A stretch of 64,000 nt of DNA from Lingula anatina. Taxonomy: Eukaryota; Animalia; Brachiopoda. The notes under the pieces were generated by a model. That model made no database searches and was not told the origin of the DNA. It saw only the letters and a list, made by a program, of their open reading frames with translations. Position 1 is the stretch's first letter, and every line of letters starts with the position of its first letter. This document shows, piece after piece, positions 54,001 to 64,000 of the stretch. Where the stretch lies: positions 13,826,001 through 13,890,000 of the forward strand of contig CM120641.1 in NCBI GenBank assembly GCA_051362555.1, written 5' to 3'. The translations under genes and the position numbers were made by a program.

Positions 54001-54867
54001 GTATTTTAGGGGGATGACACACAACATAGTGTGGACTTACGGTGCATGGTGAAGAGTGAGATTAGATTATTTTAATGCTAAGTTTCATAATATGTACATA
54101 TTATATCCTTGTACATACTAGTTGAATTATCATTATTATATTCTTATTTTAAAATGGGTTTTGTACTACTTTCTTCAATTTTGCCACGTGCAAGGCATGG
54201 GCAATGCTCTCTTCATTTTAAAATGGTGATCTTTTTCTTCACTATTGAGAAGTTCTTATTACATGTATTTCTTTTTACAATGTGCATTCTATTTTCACAA
54301 GACTGGATACTGAGAAACAGGCAAGTAAATGAGAAAGTTGATGTGGTTTCATAAATGAATCAGTTTTTCTTTTAGTTGTACAACACTAACATATGTTTTT
54401 TAAATACCACTGCAGAGAAACTGGGTATGTTGTGCTTTGGCGCCTTGTGAATGGAAGGCATAAGGCAGGCTGTACATGCATATAATATCACTTAATACTT
54501 ATTGTTTAATTACAGCCGAAAGAAGAAGTGCATCCGCTTCCTGATGGGAGATGATGAAGATGAAGATGATGATGATGATGAGAATGCTAGTGATGCAGAG
54601 GATCAAGCAGGAAGCGTGCCTCACGTGGACTCCACAAATGATCCAGAGAATACCAACAGTCCAGATCAGTATGGACATCACTCAGACAATAACTCAGACA
54701 GTGACCAGGAGATTTTAAAACACAACAGTGGAGACAATGAATGCTCTAGTACAAACACCCTAGTGTCCCACCACCATCATCACCAAGATGCCCTGCCAAG
54801 TACTACAACTCCACAAGTTCCTTCCTCCTCCACTTCTTCGTCAACGAGTGAAGCCATAGCCACATAA
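31978..54867 (+). CDS. tcf: TCF/LEF transcription factor (pangolin/TCF7L2-like), C-clamp isoform, ~509 aa
   Basis: Exons 31978-32121, 32253-32325, 32681-32781, 43668-43809, 46099-46183, 48188-48397, 50876-51062, 51795-51957, 52400-52472, 54516-54867. Domains: beta-catenin-binding [27 protein letters not shown]; PPPAHLG..IDPKTG motif; HMG box [45 protein letters not shown]...[10 protein letters not shown]; basic tail KRKKRKR; C-clamp [28 protein letters not shown]. Candidate AATAAA at 56780. Confidence 0.97.
42858..43474. mobile_element. Non-autonomous DNA transposon with TTAA target duplication (Kolobok-like) in TCF intron 3
   Basis: TTAA|AGTCATAATAACTCTTC ... GAAGAGTTATTATTGCT|TTAA (15/17 TIR match, AG termini). 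The interior is CpG-rich against a CpG-poor intron and contains a 26-bp perfect palindrome at 43000-43025. Confidence 0.75.
46398..46437. repeat. (TATG)n microsatellite
   Basis: Direct reading. Confidence 0.95.
47991..48030. repeat. (CT)n microsatellite
   Basis: Direct reading. Confidence 0.95.
54416..54424 (+). CDS. Candidate 9-nt microexon of TCF (AGAAACTGG)
   Basis: Branch point CACTAAC at 54384-54390, acceptor CACTGCAG, donor GG|GTATGT. It preserves frame and leaves a 91-nt downstream intron. Confidence 0.55.
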
Positions 54868-57800
54868 CACTTACATGCGTATTACGTACATTTACTACAG
54901 CATGGACATCATGTGAGCTGTGCTCACAGACTTGATCATCATGTGGAACATGGTGGAGTGTTGTATTTATCACTTTGGCCTGGAGACTGAGGTCAGTCAG
55001 AGTGAAACACAGATGCATCTGAAAGAATCTCTTGTTCCGTGTACAGGTGAATCAATATTATTCCACAGAGGCCCGAAGAACCACAAGGAAAAATGAAAAT
55101 TTGGGATATGTAACATTTATGATGAAACGGAATTTTCATATTCACTGTGGTGAAAAATACTGTTTGTCAGGTTTACTGGATTCCAGAATGAAATGCCGGA
55201 ATGAAAAAAAAGAAAACTGATGTGTTATCCCATCTTGTAGGAGCACCTGTATGTGTTGGGGGTTTTGCAGTTAGTTCCATCTGGGAACATAGATTTGAAC
55301 TTTTTGCAGACTAGACTGGCAAGTTGCCCTGGAAATTGAACAGTTGCTTGGCTCATAGTGGAACATTTATTTTTGCCAATGGGTTTAACGAATTTGAAAA
55401 AAAGTTATCATTCTTTTCACTAAATTGTCATCGATATATACTTTTTTTTTCATTTTTGATGAAAAAGATGGTAAAAAAATTACTTTTTATTTGTAACCAG
55501 TGTAAAACATGAATGCACCGACAGTTGTATTTTCAAGTTGATCTCAGGTGCCTATGTTTAAAAGTTCTTCAGTTTGGTCCTCTGTGGTTTTGGTTCCACA
55601 CCAAAGATGTGCAACTTGTCATGCAGAAATTTAGATTTATTATTGTTGTACAGTGTAATATAAAATGTATTCTTTTAAGAAAGAATCTTTTCCTACTCAA
55701 TCAGTGTAAAATTATTTATGCATGTGTCATAAAATTTATTGAAGCTAGAAGTAAAAGTTAAGTACCCTAGACAAATTCTTTTAAACAGTTGTACATTTTA
55801 AGGAGAAATTTATCATTTTGTATAAAAGCATTGTAAATATCATTATTTGAAAGTTTGCTGTCTTCAGAGAAGTAAAATAGCATCAAACTTGTTCACTGTT
55901 GCTGAGATAATAGACAAAGCAATTTTGTCAATGAATTTCAAAATAATTTTTGTAGTAAAGCATGCTACCACCAACTCTTTATCTTGTCACATTTCTGTTT
56001 AGAAATATAGGTGCTAATTAAGCAGTATGTTTGCCTTGAAACCTGCTGTGTGCAGATTATGGAGATGAATGGTTACTTTATGCAGAGTTCATTGAAATGA
56101 TAATCAAATTAAGATGTTAGACATCTTTTATTGTTGTTTTATTTGTTGTATATGGAATGAAATTATACAAGTATCTTTACAGTCTGAGAAACAAATTGAT
56201 GATTAAGAAGGTTTTTAGAGTTACTTTTTTAATAATCAGCAATGTTTTATAATCAGAACTGCATTTTAAATGGTCAACATTTAGATTTTTAACTTTTCTT
56301 GGTTAACTGCTTCATGGAACAATGAATGTCAGTGTTTTAGAAGATGTATTTTAGTAATTATTGGTGGCTTAAATTAATTTGATACGGATTTGATAAAGCA
56401 TACACTTCTGTGATGGTATCACAGGACACTTGCACAGCTAGATTACTAGTGCCTTTGGTAAAGCAAATTTTCAGCTATAAAATGATTTTTAGTAAAAAAA
56501 AAAAAACTATTTTCAGCTTCTGCATTTTTATTGTGAATACAAAGTAGAAGTGCCTTAGCGGCGCTTTTTTTAATTTTTGGAATTTTTTCTCCACCTCTTA
56601 GTTTGCATCAAAAGGGTAATAATGATATTTTTCTGTGATGTCTCTAGTATGTGTATAGCTAGAGTTAGTGCGTCGTAAACCTCGTCGAAGCATATCATTA
56701 GCAGTGGTTAGAGAGAAAAAAGTCCTGTTGCCTTGGCAGAATTTTCAATATTTTTATTGCCTGTACAGACTGTCTCTGTAATAAAACAATCAAAGATCTG
56801 ATTATATTAAGTTACTAACGTGTTTAGTTGTTTTTCTGTTCATCATCATGTAAATACATAATTACAAATTTACAGAACGTGATATAGCAGAAATTAAAAC
56901 GAGCAGACCAATATACTTGGCGTTTTTTTCGCAAGTAATAAATTTGTAAGAGCTTTGGCAATTTATTATTGATAATTGCGTCTAAGCTAAAATGGATTTT
57001 AAACAATATCAACCATTAACATAATTGTCCTTGTTATGAAGTTATTTTTGGTTTGAAGCGAAGCACGCTGCGCCATACAAAATACGAAATATGGACTTCG
57101 ATGTGTTAGATGAGAATTGCTTATCAAAACCAATGGCAAAGCTATCGTTTTTTCTACGATATGAGTTCCATCCCTCAAAAAATCTCTACAGCTATTATTA
57201 TGGGAAAGAAATATTTTACAAATTATTTACTATAAACTTGAAATTCCAGAAGTTTTCAGATTTGGTTATTTCTATTTGATTCAAATGATTGTAGTGTTAC
57301 ATATTGCAGTCTCAGAAAACACCGCAAATAGATAAGAGCTGTATAAAAACTGTTTGAAATTACTACTGCAATAAAAATCAAACACTGTTCAAAGTTTCTC
57401 AAATTTCTTCTGTAGAAAATAGAGGGTCATTTACAACGTTTTATACTAAAGGCCTACTCTTTATTTTTTACAAGCCTTCATGATTTGAAAATCAACACAA
57501 TAATAATAATAATAATAATAATAAATACGCCACAATAAATATCAATCCTGCAAGTGTGCTAAGAGCAAATTTCTGCGAGATAGATAATATTAGTATATAT
57601 GCTAATATAACTTTTATTTCAATTTACCATTTTTAGATAGTAACTAAAACGCACACTCTTAATTGTTGCCCAAAATATATCTCAATTCTACAATAATAAA
57701 AGTGCCTTTTTCAAGTGTTTGATTAATTTATTTGAATTCTTTGACTCATTTACAAGTAATTTCCATATGCCATCGGTTGTAAAACTGATTTTGCAAAATT

Positions 57801-58065
57801 AAATATTTCTATTTTAATAGAATAACTTATTTTCATTACGATAATAATTCTGGTATGAAAGAGAACCGTGTTGACGAAACGACGATGGAAACACGCCCCT
57901 CAATAAAAATGAAGGAATATTCAGTATCTGAAAATAAACGTCGCTTGTGCATTTAGAAAATTCTTTGAAAATCGCAATTAAAAACTAATAAGGTCTACAG
58001 TAAAGGTGGGAGATCTACGTTGTCTGACGTATTAGAGGACTTGTGTGGCATGTACACGTACAGTA

Positions 58066-59455
58066 GGGGAGACCGGGGCACGTTCGGCCCCGGGGCACGT
58101 TCGGCTTTCACTCGTATTTTCCACAATTAACACTTTTGGTCCAGCAGCGACCCCTTTACGTGTCACTTGATCTATTTATCAGGTCCTACAAAAATAAGGC
58201 TTCTGTGGTGCACTCCGTTCGGAAGATATGATTGAAAAACTTATTTTTCACGTGTTAAATTTTTTACGGGTTTTTTTAATTTGGGTCTACTTTAGCATTA
58301 ATTAGTTGACTTACTGTCACCAATGCATTATAATATAAGAGCATATAGGAAGCCAATTTAAATGAGGTATGGCACCACACTGTCGTCTTCTTAATTATGT
58401 TGCTATGGTAACATACATTCGGAATGCAGGCTTGGGGCAAGTTCGGCCCCTCAAGGTGGGGCACATTCGGCCCCTGGGTTGTGTACGTTCGGCCTGGGGC
58501 CGAACGTGCCCCGTGGCTTTGGCGAAAGACTTGATCTAAAAATTATTATTTTTAAGCCCAAAAAGTTTGTTATATGCTAACATTTCAGCGCCATTAATGG
58601 GGTTAAAACTTAAGCTTGTATCTTCACATTTTAATTGTCGCGTTTTTTCAACCACGCATGAAGCTTTTAATTCAAATATTTAATACATGTACATATCATT
58701 AACTTATATTTTCCAGAGAAACACTATGGCATCTGGCCGGAAATATTAACATTGTTTAAAGATCACTGGAGTTGTTATCTAGTTTTTTTTTTAATATTTC
58801 CTTAATGTGACATTATTTCAAACAAATTGTGTATGTTAATATGTTCTTTGTGATTAAAGTTGATGTTTTGCGTTTGAATGCTTTGTTGGGTTTCAAATAT
58901 TAGAAAGTTTTCCCGTTGGATTAAATGTGGGGTTTCAAAACTGGCGTAGGTTGGTTCCTTCATATTCTGTAATTGATATACATGAGAAGTATAAAGACCT
59001 ATGCATTAAAAAATAGAAGTTCAATATATGTAGTTCCAGGACAAACATGTACCAAACAAACAATTTCAATTAGGCCTACATATCTTTCTAAAACCTAACT
59101 ATATTATTTATTTCAAGTATATCGTCACTGTTTAGCACCAAAACACATATTTTTAAGGTATTCATGTGAAATGGAAATAAAAGAAATCGGTAGGAAAGTA
59201 TTTGAATTTGCAGGCCGAACGTGCTCCATCGAGAGGCCGAACGTGCCCCAGGCCGGGGCACGTTCGGCCACGTGTTGGAAATTTATTTCATGTTAAATTT
59301 CTTAAAAACGCAAGGTCTTCTTTACATTTGACCAATGTATAAAAAAAGGAAATTTAGCAGTCTATCTACTCAAAACACATCATTGAGATTCGTCGTCAAA
59401 CAGCTGAACTACAACCGATCAAAGGAAAAGGGGCCGAACGTGCCCCGGTCTCCCC
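58066..59455. mobile_element. 1390-bp non-autonomous DNA transposon, TA target duplication (Tc1/mariner-pogo-like MITE)
   Basis: TA|GGGGAGACCGGGGCACGTTCGGCCCC ... GGGGCCGAACGTGCCCCGGTCTCCCC|TA, a perfect 26-bp TIR. About 10 copies of GGGGCACGTTCGGCC occur in both orientations. No transposase ORF. Confidence 0.9.
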
Positions 59456-61295
59456 TATATTTCATTTTTTCAAATAGACATTTCAGGGGATTTGATCGTG
59501 GATTTAAAAAAATTTCCATTTTCTTTTGATCTTAAGCAAATGTCTCGAGAGGATATTGCAGGAATTATTACAGGAATCCATACATCAAGATTCGTGGAAA
59601 TCATCCAAGATAGGCCAAAGTCTCGCAAATTTACATGCATGGCAGATATCTTGGGATTAGGAGGAGAGTGAGATCAGACTAACTAGAATTTATGAATTTT
59701 TGTGATTGTTTTTCCCCTAACTTCCAAACATCAAATTTGTCTATCGCAAAAAAGTACGAAGTCAGCATGTTTTGCATCTTATTTCTTGTATCAGTAATTG
59801 TTTTCTTAGACGACATTTCCGGCGCTGAAGTTAACCGCACCTCATGCGCACGTTTTCCAGTCTTGTATGACGTCATGTAAAATAAAGTTCAGAGATAAAA
59901 AAATGGTAAAAGACTGTACTCATAATTGATCTTGGAAATGCTATTTAGCTGATACCGCCCTCGCGTCACACATTCCTTGGTACAAATAATAGGCCTACTG
60001 CTTGGCAACATTGCGCACATATGGAATTTGTAGATATGAATCTATTTGAATACTGGTCACTAAATGTGCGGTCGTCTGGCTTGTTTTGCAAGTTAATACG
60101 GGATTCTTTTTCAAGACTGGCACTTCTCAAAATTTTAGAGATTTCAGGATTAGCTTATTTCAAAATGTAAAATCGTTCCTTTTTTTAAGGATGATATCAG
60201 ATCAATATGTGTCCCCACTAACCCTACCTTGCGTATGTTCAAGATAATCAAATTGTGATACAGTAGTGCTTCCAAGCATCGTACCTGACTTTGGTACACG
60301 TTCTTTAAATAAAGATTTCCTCAACTTGACAGCGAGGGTTCAACATTAATTCTCCCGGCATGCTAAATATATGAGAGCCACCGCAAGTTCGGCAACTTTT
60401 AAGAGGGGTAATTCTCGACTTTTAACCACGATCTCTTAGCTAGAGCTTGCTCCATTACGAGCAGCATTTCATTTGTCAACAATTTACAAATAAATAAAAA
60501 AATAACAAAAATAAAAGTGCTTTTAAGTAACGAGTTTATTCACAACAGCAATCTAAGAGCCCCAATTTTCAAGCACATTCTATTTCATCATTTGGTATAA
60601 GATACACCCCCGTATTTCAGAGTATAGATACTCTTACCAACATAATTTACCTCCAAATTGTTAATTATGCTAAACATCTACACTGGATTATCCTTAATTT
60701 CAAACGAGACACAATTTAAAGTTGATTTTAATAATAGAATGACCTGATTAATTTATAATTATGTCTGTCACATGAATACAGAAATATGTAGGCAAAAATA
60801 AAGTTTTTGTCCAAATACCGAATCCATGCTTGGCATTTGGAGATCACAAAATCCAATCATAGTTTCCTGTTGTCGTGTATACAACAGCTTTTCATGACAG
60901 ACGACCAAATTGTTACAGCACTCAATACAACAGCCTGGTATAGAAAAGACATCAGTTTTCACAAGTCAGTGACAGAGGTCCTAAATTGTCAGATAATCTT
61001 TACTTCACCCCAGTGATACTTAAACTTAAGACTTCCTATTATGTAAGTTAAAGAGATGTACTGAAAGTGATTTTGTGCACAAGGAGAATCCAAACAGAGA
61101 GCAAAAGAGAACAGACCCAAAACTAAAAAAGGTTAATACTTCAAAATCACCAAACTTTTTTTCAGCCACTGAATGTTGTCAGCAGTAGTTGTACACAAAA
61201 TTGACTTTTTCATTAAAATATCCAGATGCTGCCTATTCAAAATCATTTCAATCTACTTTCACAAAAGTCTACAATTTGGCCGTCTCTGCGCACCT

Positions 61296-63572
61296 TCACA
61301 ATTTCACAAAGTGCCACTTGTCGACTGAAAAGAAGAAAGGACATTATTAAATATAGCAGCATACTACTATCAGACTTAGAATCCATACAAATGTGTATGT
61401 GTGTGTGTGCACACACATGAAGTCCATGAAATAAAAAGTAGTTAAATAATAGAAAGTTTATATGTAATTCATTTGTGTGAACATAACTTCAAAACTGATG
61501 CACCTGAACCCAAAGTCATATTTTAACAAATGAGAAAGTTAATTAAAATGAGGTGTTTATTTCTATGGATATGTAGAAAATTCCTTAAATATTCATCATT
61601 CCACCTAATGATCTTTACTTTACATGAAATTGGTCACCTTACCTTCAGGAGAAATAGGCTGAGCTGGCTGCTGAGGAGGGCACTACAAAATCATAATAAT
61701 AATAATTCAATTAATTTCTGTTCTGGATTCATTTTATTTAGCATTTTATTGAAACTTAACAAAAAGAGTACACAAAATCTATTAATCTTTAAAATATCAC
61801 CAATCAATTAAAAGCAAGGCTATTTAAAAACAAATCCACAAACTGTTTGGCATAAATAACTGTCTGCTGTAGAAAGTGGTGAATTATTTTTACTTACTGC
61901 CTCCAGTACTTTGTTTGCAGCATCTTGTGTCATAAGAAACGGACTTCCGGCAACAGTTGTATTTTCACTAGAATAAATGCATGTAGTAAGAAATCATTTC
62001 ACCATTTAACCCTTGCTGACATTTTCAGGAGCACAGCACTGCAACGTTTCAAAAAATCTCTTTTGTTATTTATTTGACTGTGTGTGTGTTTATTATAATT
62101 GTTTTTGGAAGGGATGCCTTATGGCTACATATGTTTATAGCACAACCACATTGTTAACGTGAAATACAAAATCAGAACTTGATTATGGCTTCTCATGGAA
62201 AAAGTAACATACATTTGAAAACCTACCCCAATCTTTTAAATAGGAACACTTACCAAGTCAGTTCCCCTGAATCTGTCTGTTTGGCTACCATTTCCTTCCA
62301 ATGTTTATTTGTGTCTTCTATAACCTTTAAGGCAAACTCCTAGAAAATAAAGTCAAGGCATGCTGATAACATTTTGACATATCTACTGCATTCTAAATTT
62401 GCATCACTGACATTATGTGTTCATACTGAACTTATGTAAGATCTTTTCTTAAAAAGCTGTTACTTGATACATAGAATTTTTAACTCTGAGAAACAAGTTT
62501 AAATATGTTGTTGCATAAATTGTCATATTGTGCAAATCTTTTACAGTCATTGAAATTGATTTAAATTTCTAAATCCTTTTCTGAATTTTGGCAAGAAATA
62601 TTTTCTGTGAAATCTAATTTTTCAGTACTTTGATTGTTTCATACTTTGTTCTTGGCTGCTCCATTGAATGCAAACTGGTTCTCTGGTTTTCCATCAGGGA
62701 TTTTGTAAATTCTAAACCATTCAGTGGTAGCCTATAAAACAAAGACTGGGGTTACAACAGCAAGAAAAGCAACATTAAGAAATGATTTCCTCACACCACA
62801 GTGTAATATGACAACTACCACTTACAAAATAGTAACAAAACAACTAGAAAATAATAACTACACAAAAACCAACGTTAATATTACTGATAGAAACAGAGAG
62901 ATTTATTTTAAATAAATGCAAAGTTACAAACCTTAAGTAGTCCTGGCAAGTGAGTTTCAACATCATTTATATCTGTAAAAGAAGACAAGACACCATTTGT
63001 CAACAATCAATATGCATTTTGGATGTGTGACATTCAAGATAAGACTGTGATAATATTTTAATGTCATGCTTTGTAAAGTTAAGGTGTACAGTACACATGT
63101 CATTGATTTCCAACTTGTTTAAAAAAAGTTTGTCGAATATTAATTCTGTTACGTTGTAGCAGACAAAGAAATCACATTGGACAAAACAATCACCATTCAA
63201 CTTGTCGGCAAGTGGGTCATTCACATCAATTGCCATCAACTTCCAATCAGTCTCTCCTGAAAAATAGCAAAAAAGTTCACAATGTGCTTATTAGCTGGAG
63301 CCCCTAGAAGGGGGGGGGAGTAAGAGATGGAGGGAGGGTGCTTGTGAGGTACTATAACAGTTGAAAATACTTAAATGTTGCAGACAGAAATAATAGAAAT
63401 TATTTTGGCAAGCAGCAAAGAAAATGTTGGATCTGTAAATTAGTCTTAAACAAGTAAAAGGTATTAGAAAGATGAACTAGCAAAATAGCCAATGAAATAT
63501 TCAAATACCTTCATCAATCAGAGCAAATGTGCCTAAGACCTTCACTTGCACCACTGCCCCTCTTTTGTGGAC
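61296..63572 (-). CDS. ppa: Soluble inorganic pyrophosphatase (family I, PPA1/PPA2-like), 3' portion; 5' exons lie beyond the window
   Basis: Exons 63572-63509, 63256-63194, 62972-62932, 62731-62645, 62339-62254, 61967-61898, 61682-61643, 61324-61296. Translation: [93 protein letters not shown]...VDKWHFVKL*. Confidence 0.96.
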
Positions 63573-63575
63573 CTG

Positions 63576-63620
<45 letters not shown>

Positions 63621-63795
63621 ATCAAGTCAACAAACTTCATTCCACTAATTCAGAAATTATGGAATTGATAAAGCAGGCTGGTTGGGTGTTAAAGTAATTA
63701 AATTTTTAATAAATTTATCACACATAATCATATGATGACAATCAAACGGAGTATTGAATAAATTCAGAAGTGAAAAGCAGAGCAATGCAAATCAG

Positions 63796-64000
63796 GGCCA
63801 AGTTTCATAAAGGATCGTTTATTTAATTAGCACTAACCAGTGTATAAGCCTAACCAGTGGATACATTCTCCTAACACCCATTAACTAAAAGATGGTTAAA
63901 ATTGTGTTTCATAAACAGCGTTTAAACAGCCGGTTAGTTAATTGTTTAGTGCTTAACTGGATAAAATATTTAAAGGTCATTTAACGAACTGGCTGTTTAA
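63796..64000. mobile_element. Possible start of a PIF/Harbinger-like MITE (truncated by window end)
   Basis: CAG|GGCCAAGTTTCATAAAG terminus followed by repeated TTAAC/GTTAA/AACCAGT motifs. The other end is not visible. Confidence 0.3.

Overview
AT-rich, intron-rich metazoan genomic DNA, most likely from a lophotrochozoan invertebrate (inferred from the TCF N-terminus, CpG-depleted gene bodies and the type of Helentron-derived repeats). I assembled five spliced genes by hand from GT-AG junctions with consistent phases. (1) A minus-strand 13-exon gene, ~819 aa, with an unusual SAP + acidic + 2xRRM + Q/MGQRP + (GM)n architecture (3045-12730). (2) rpl34 (minus, 14224-16048). (3) vti1a (plus, 16283-26183), head-to-head with rpl34. 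(4) The TCF/LEF (pangolin) gene with beta-catenin-binding domain, HMG box and C-clamp (plus, 31978-54867). (5) The 3' part of a soluble inorganic pyrophosphatase gene (minus, 61296->63572). Repeats include a 5.5 kb nested non-autonomous Helentron (HINE/DINE-1 type) with 146-bp and 159-bp satellite arrays, a further HINE, a TTAA/Kolobok-like MITE, a TA/pogo-like MITE and several fold-backs. The most interesting signal is a candidate self-tuning Wnt/TCF circuit. Paired HMG+Helper sites, the bipartite element read by the C-clamp, lie upstream of the TCF gene itself. The C-clamp coding region is flanked by a dense Rbfox (TGCATG) cluster, a candidate 9-nt microexon inside the clamp and two further candidate alternative exons. 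The 3'UTR carries miR-124, miR-9 and K-box sites. The rpl34-vti1a-TCF-PPA order also looks like the pre-duplication ancestor of the vertebrate RPL34-LEF1 and VTI1A-TCF7L2 neighbourhoods. All regulatory and splicing claims are sequence inferences and need RNA or functional data.
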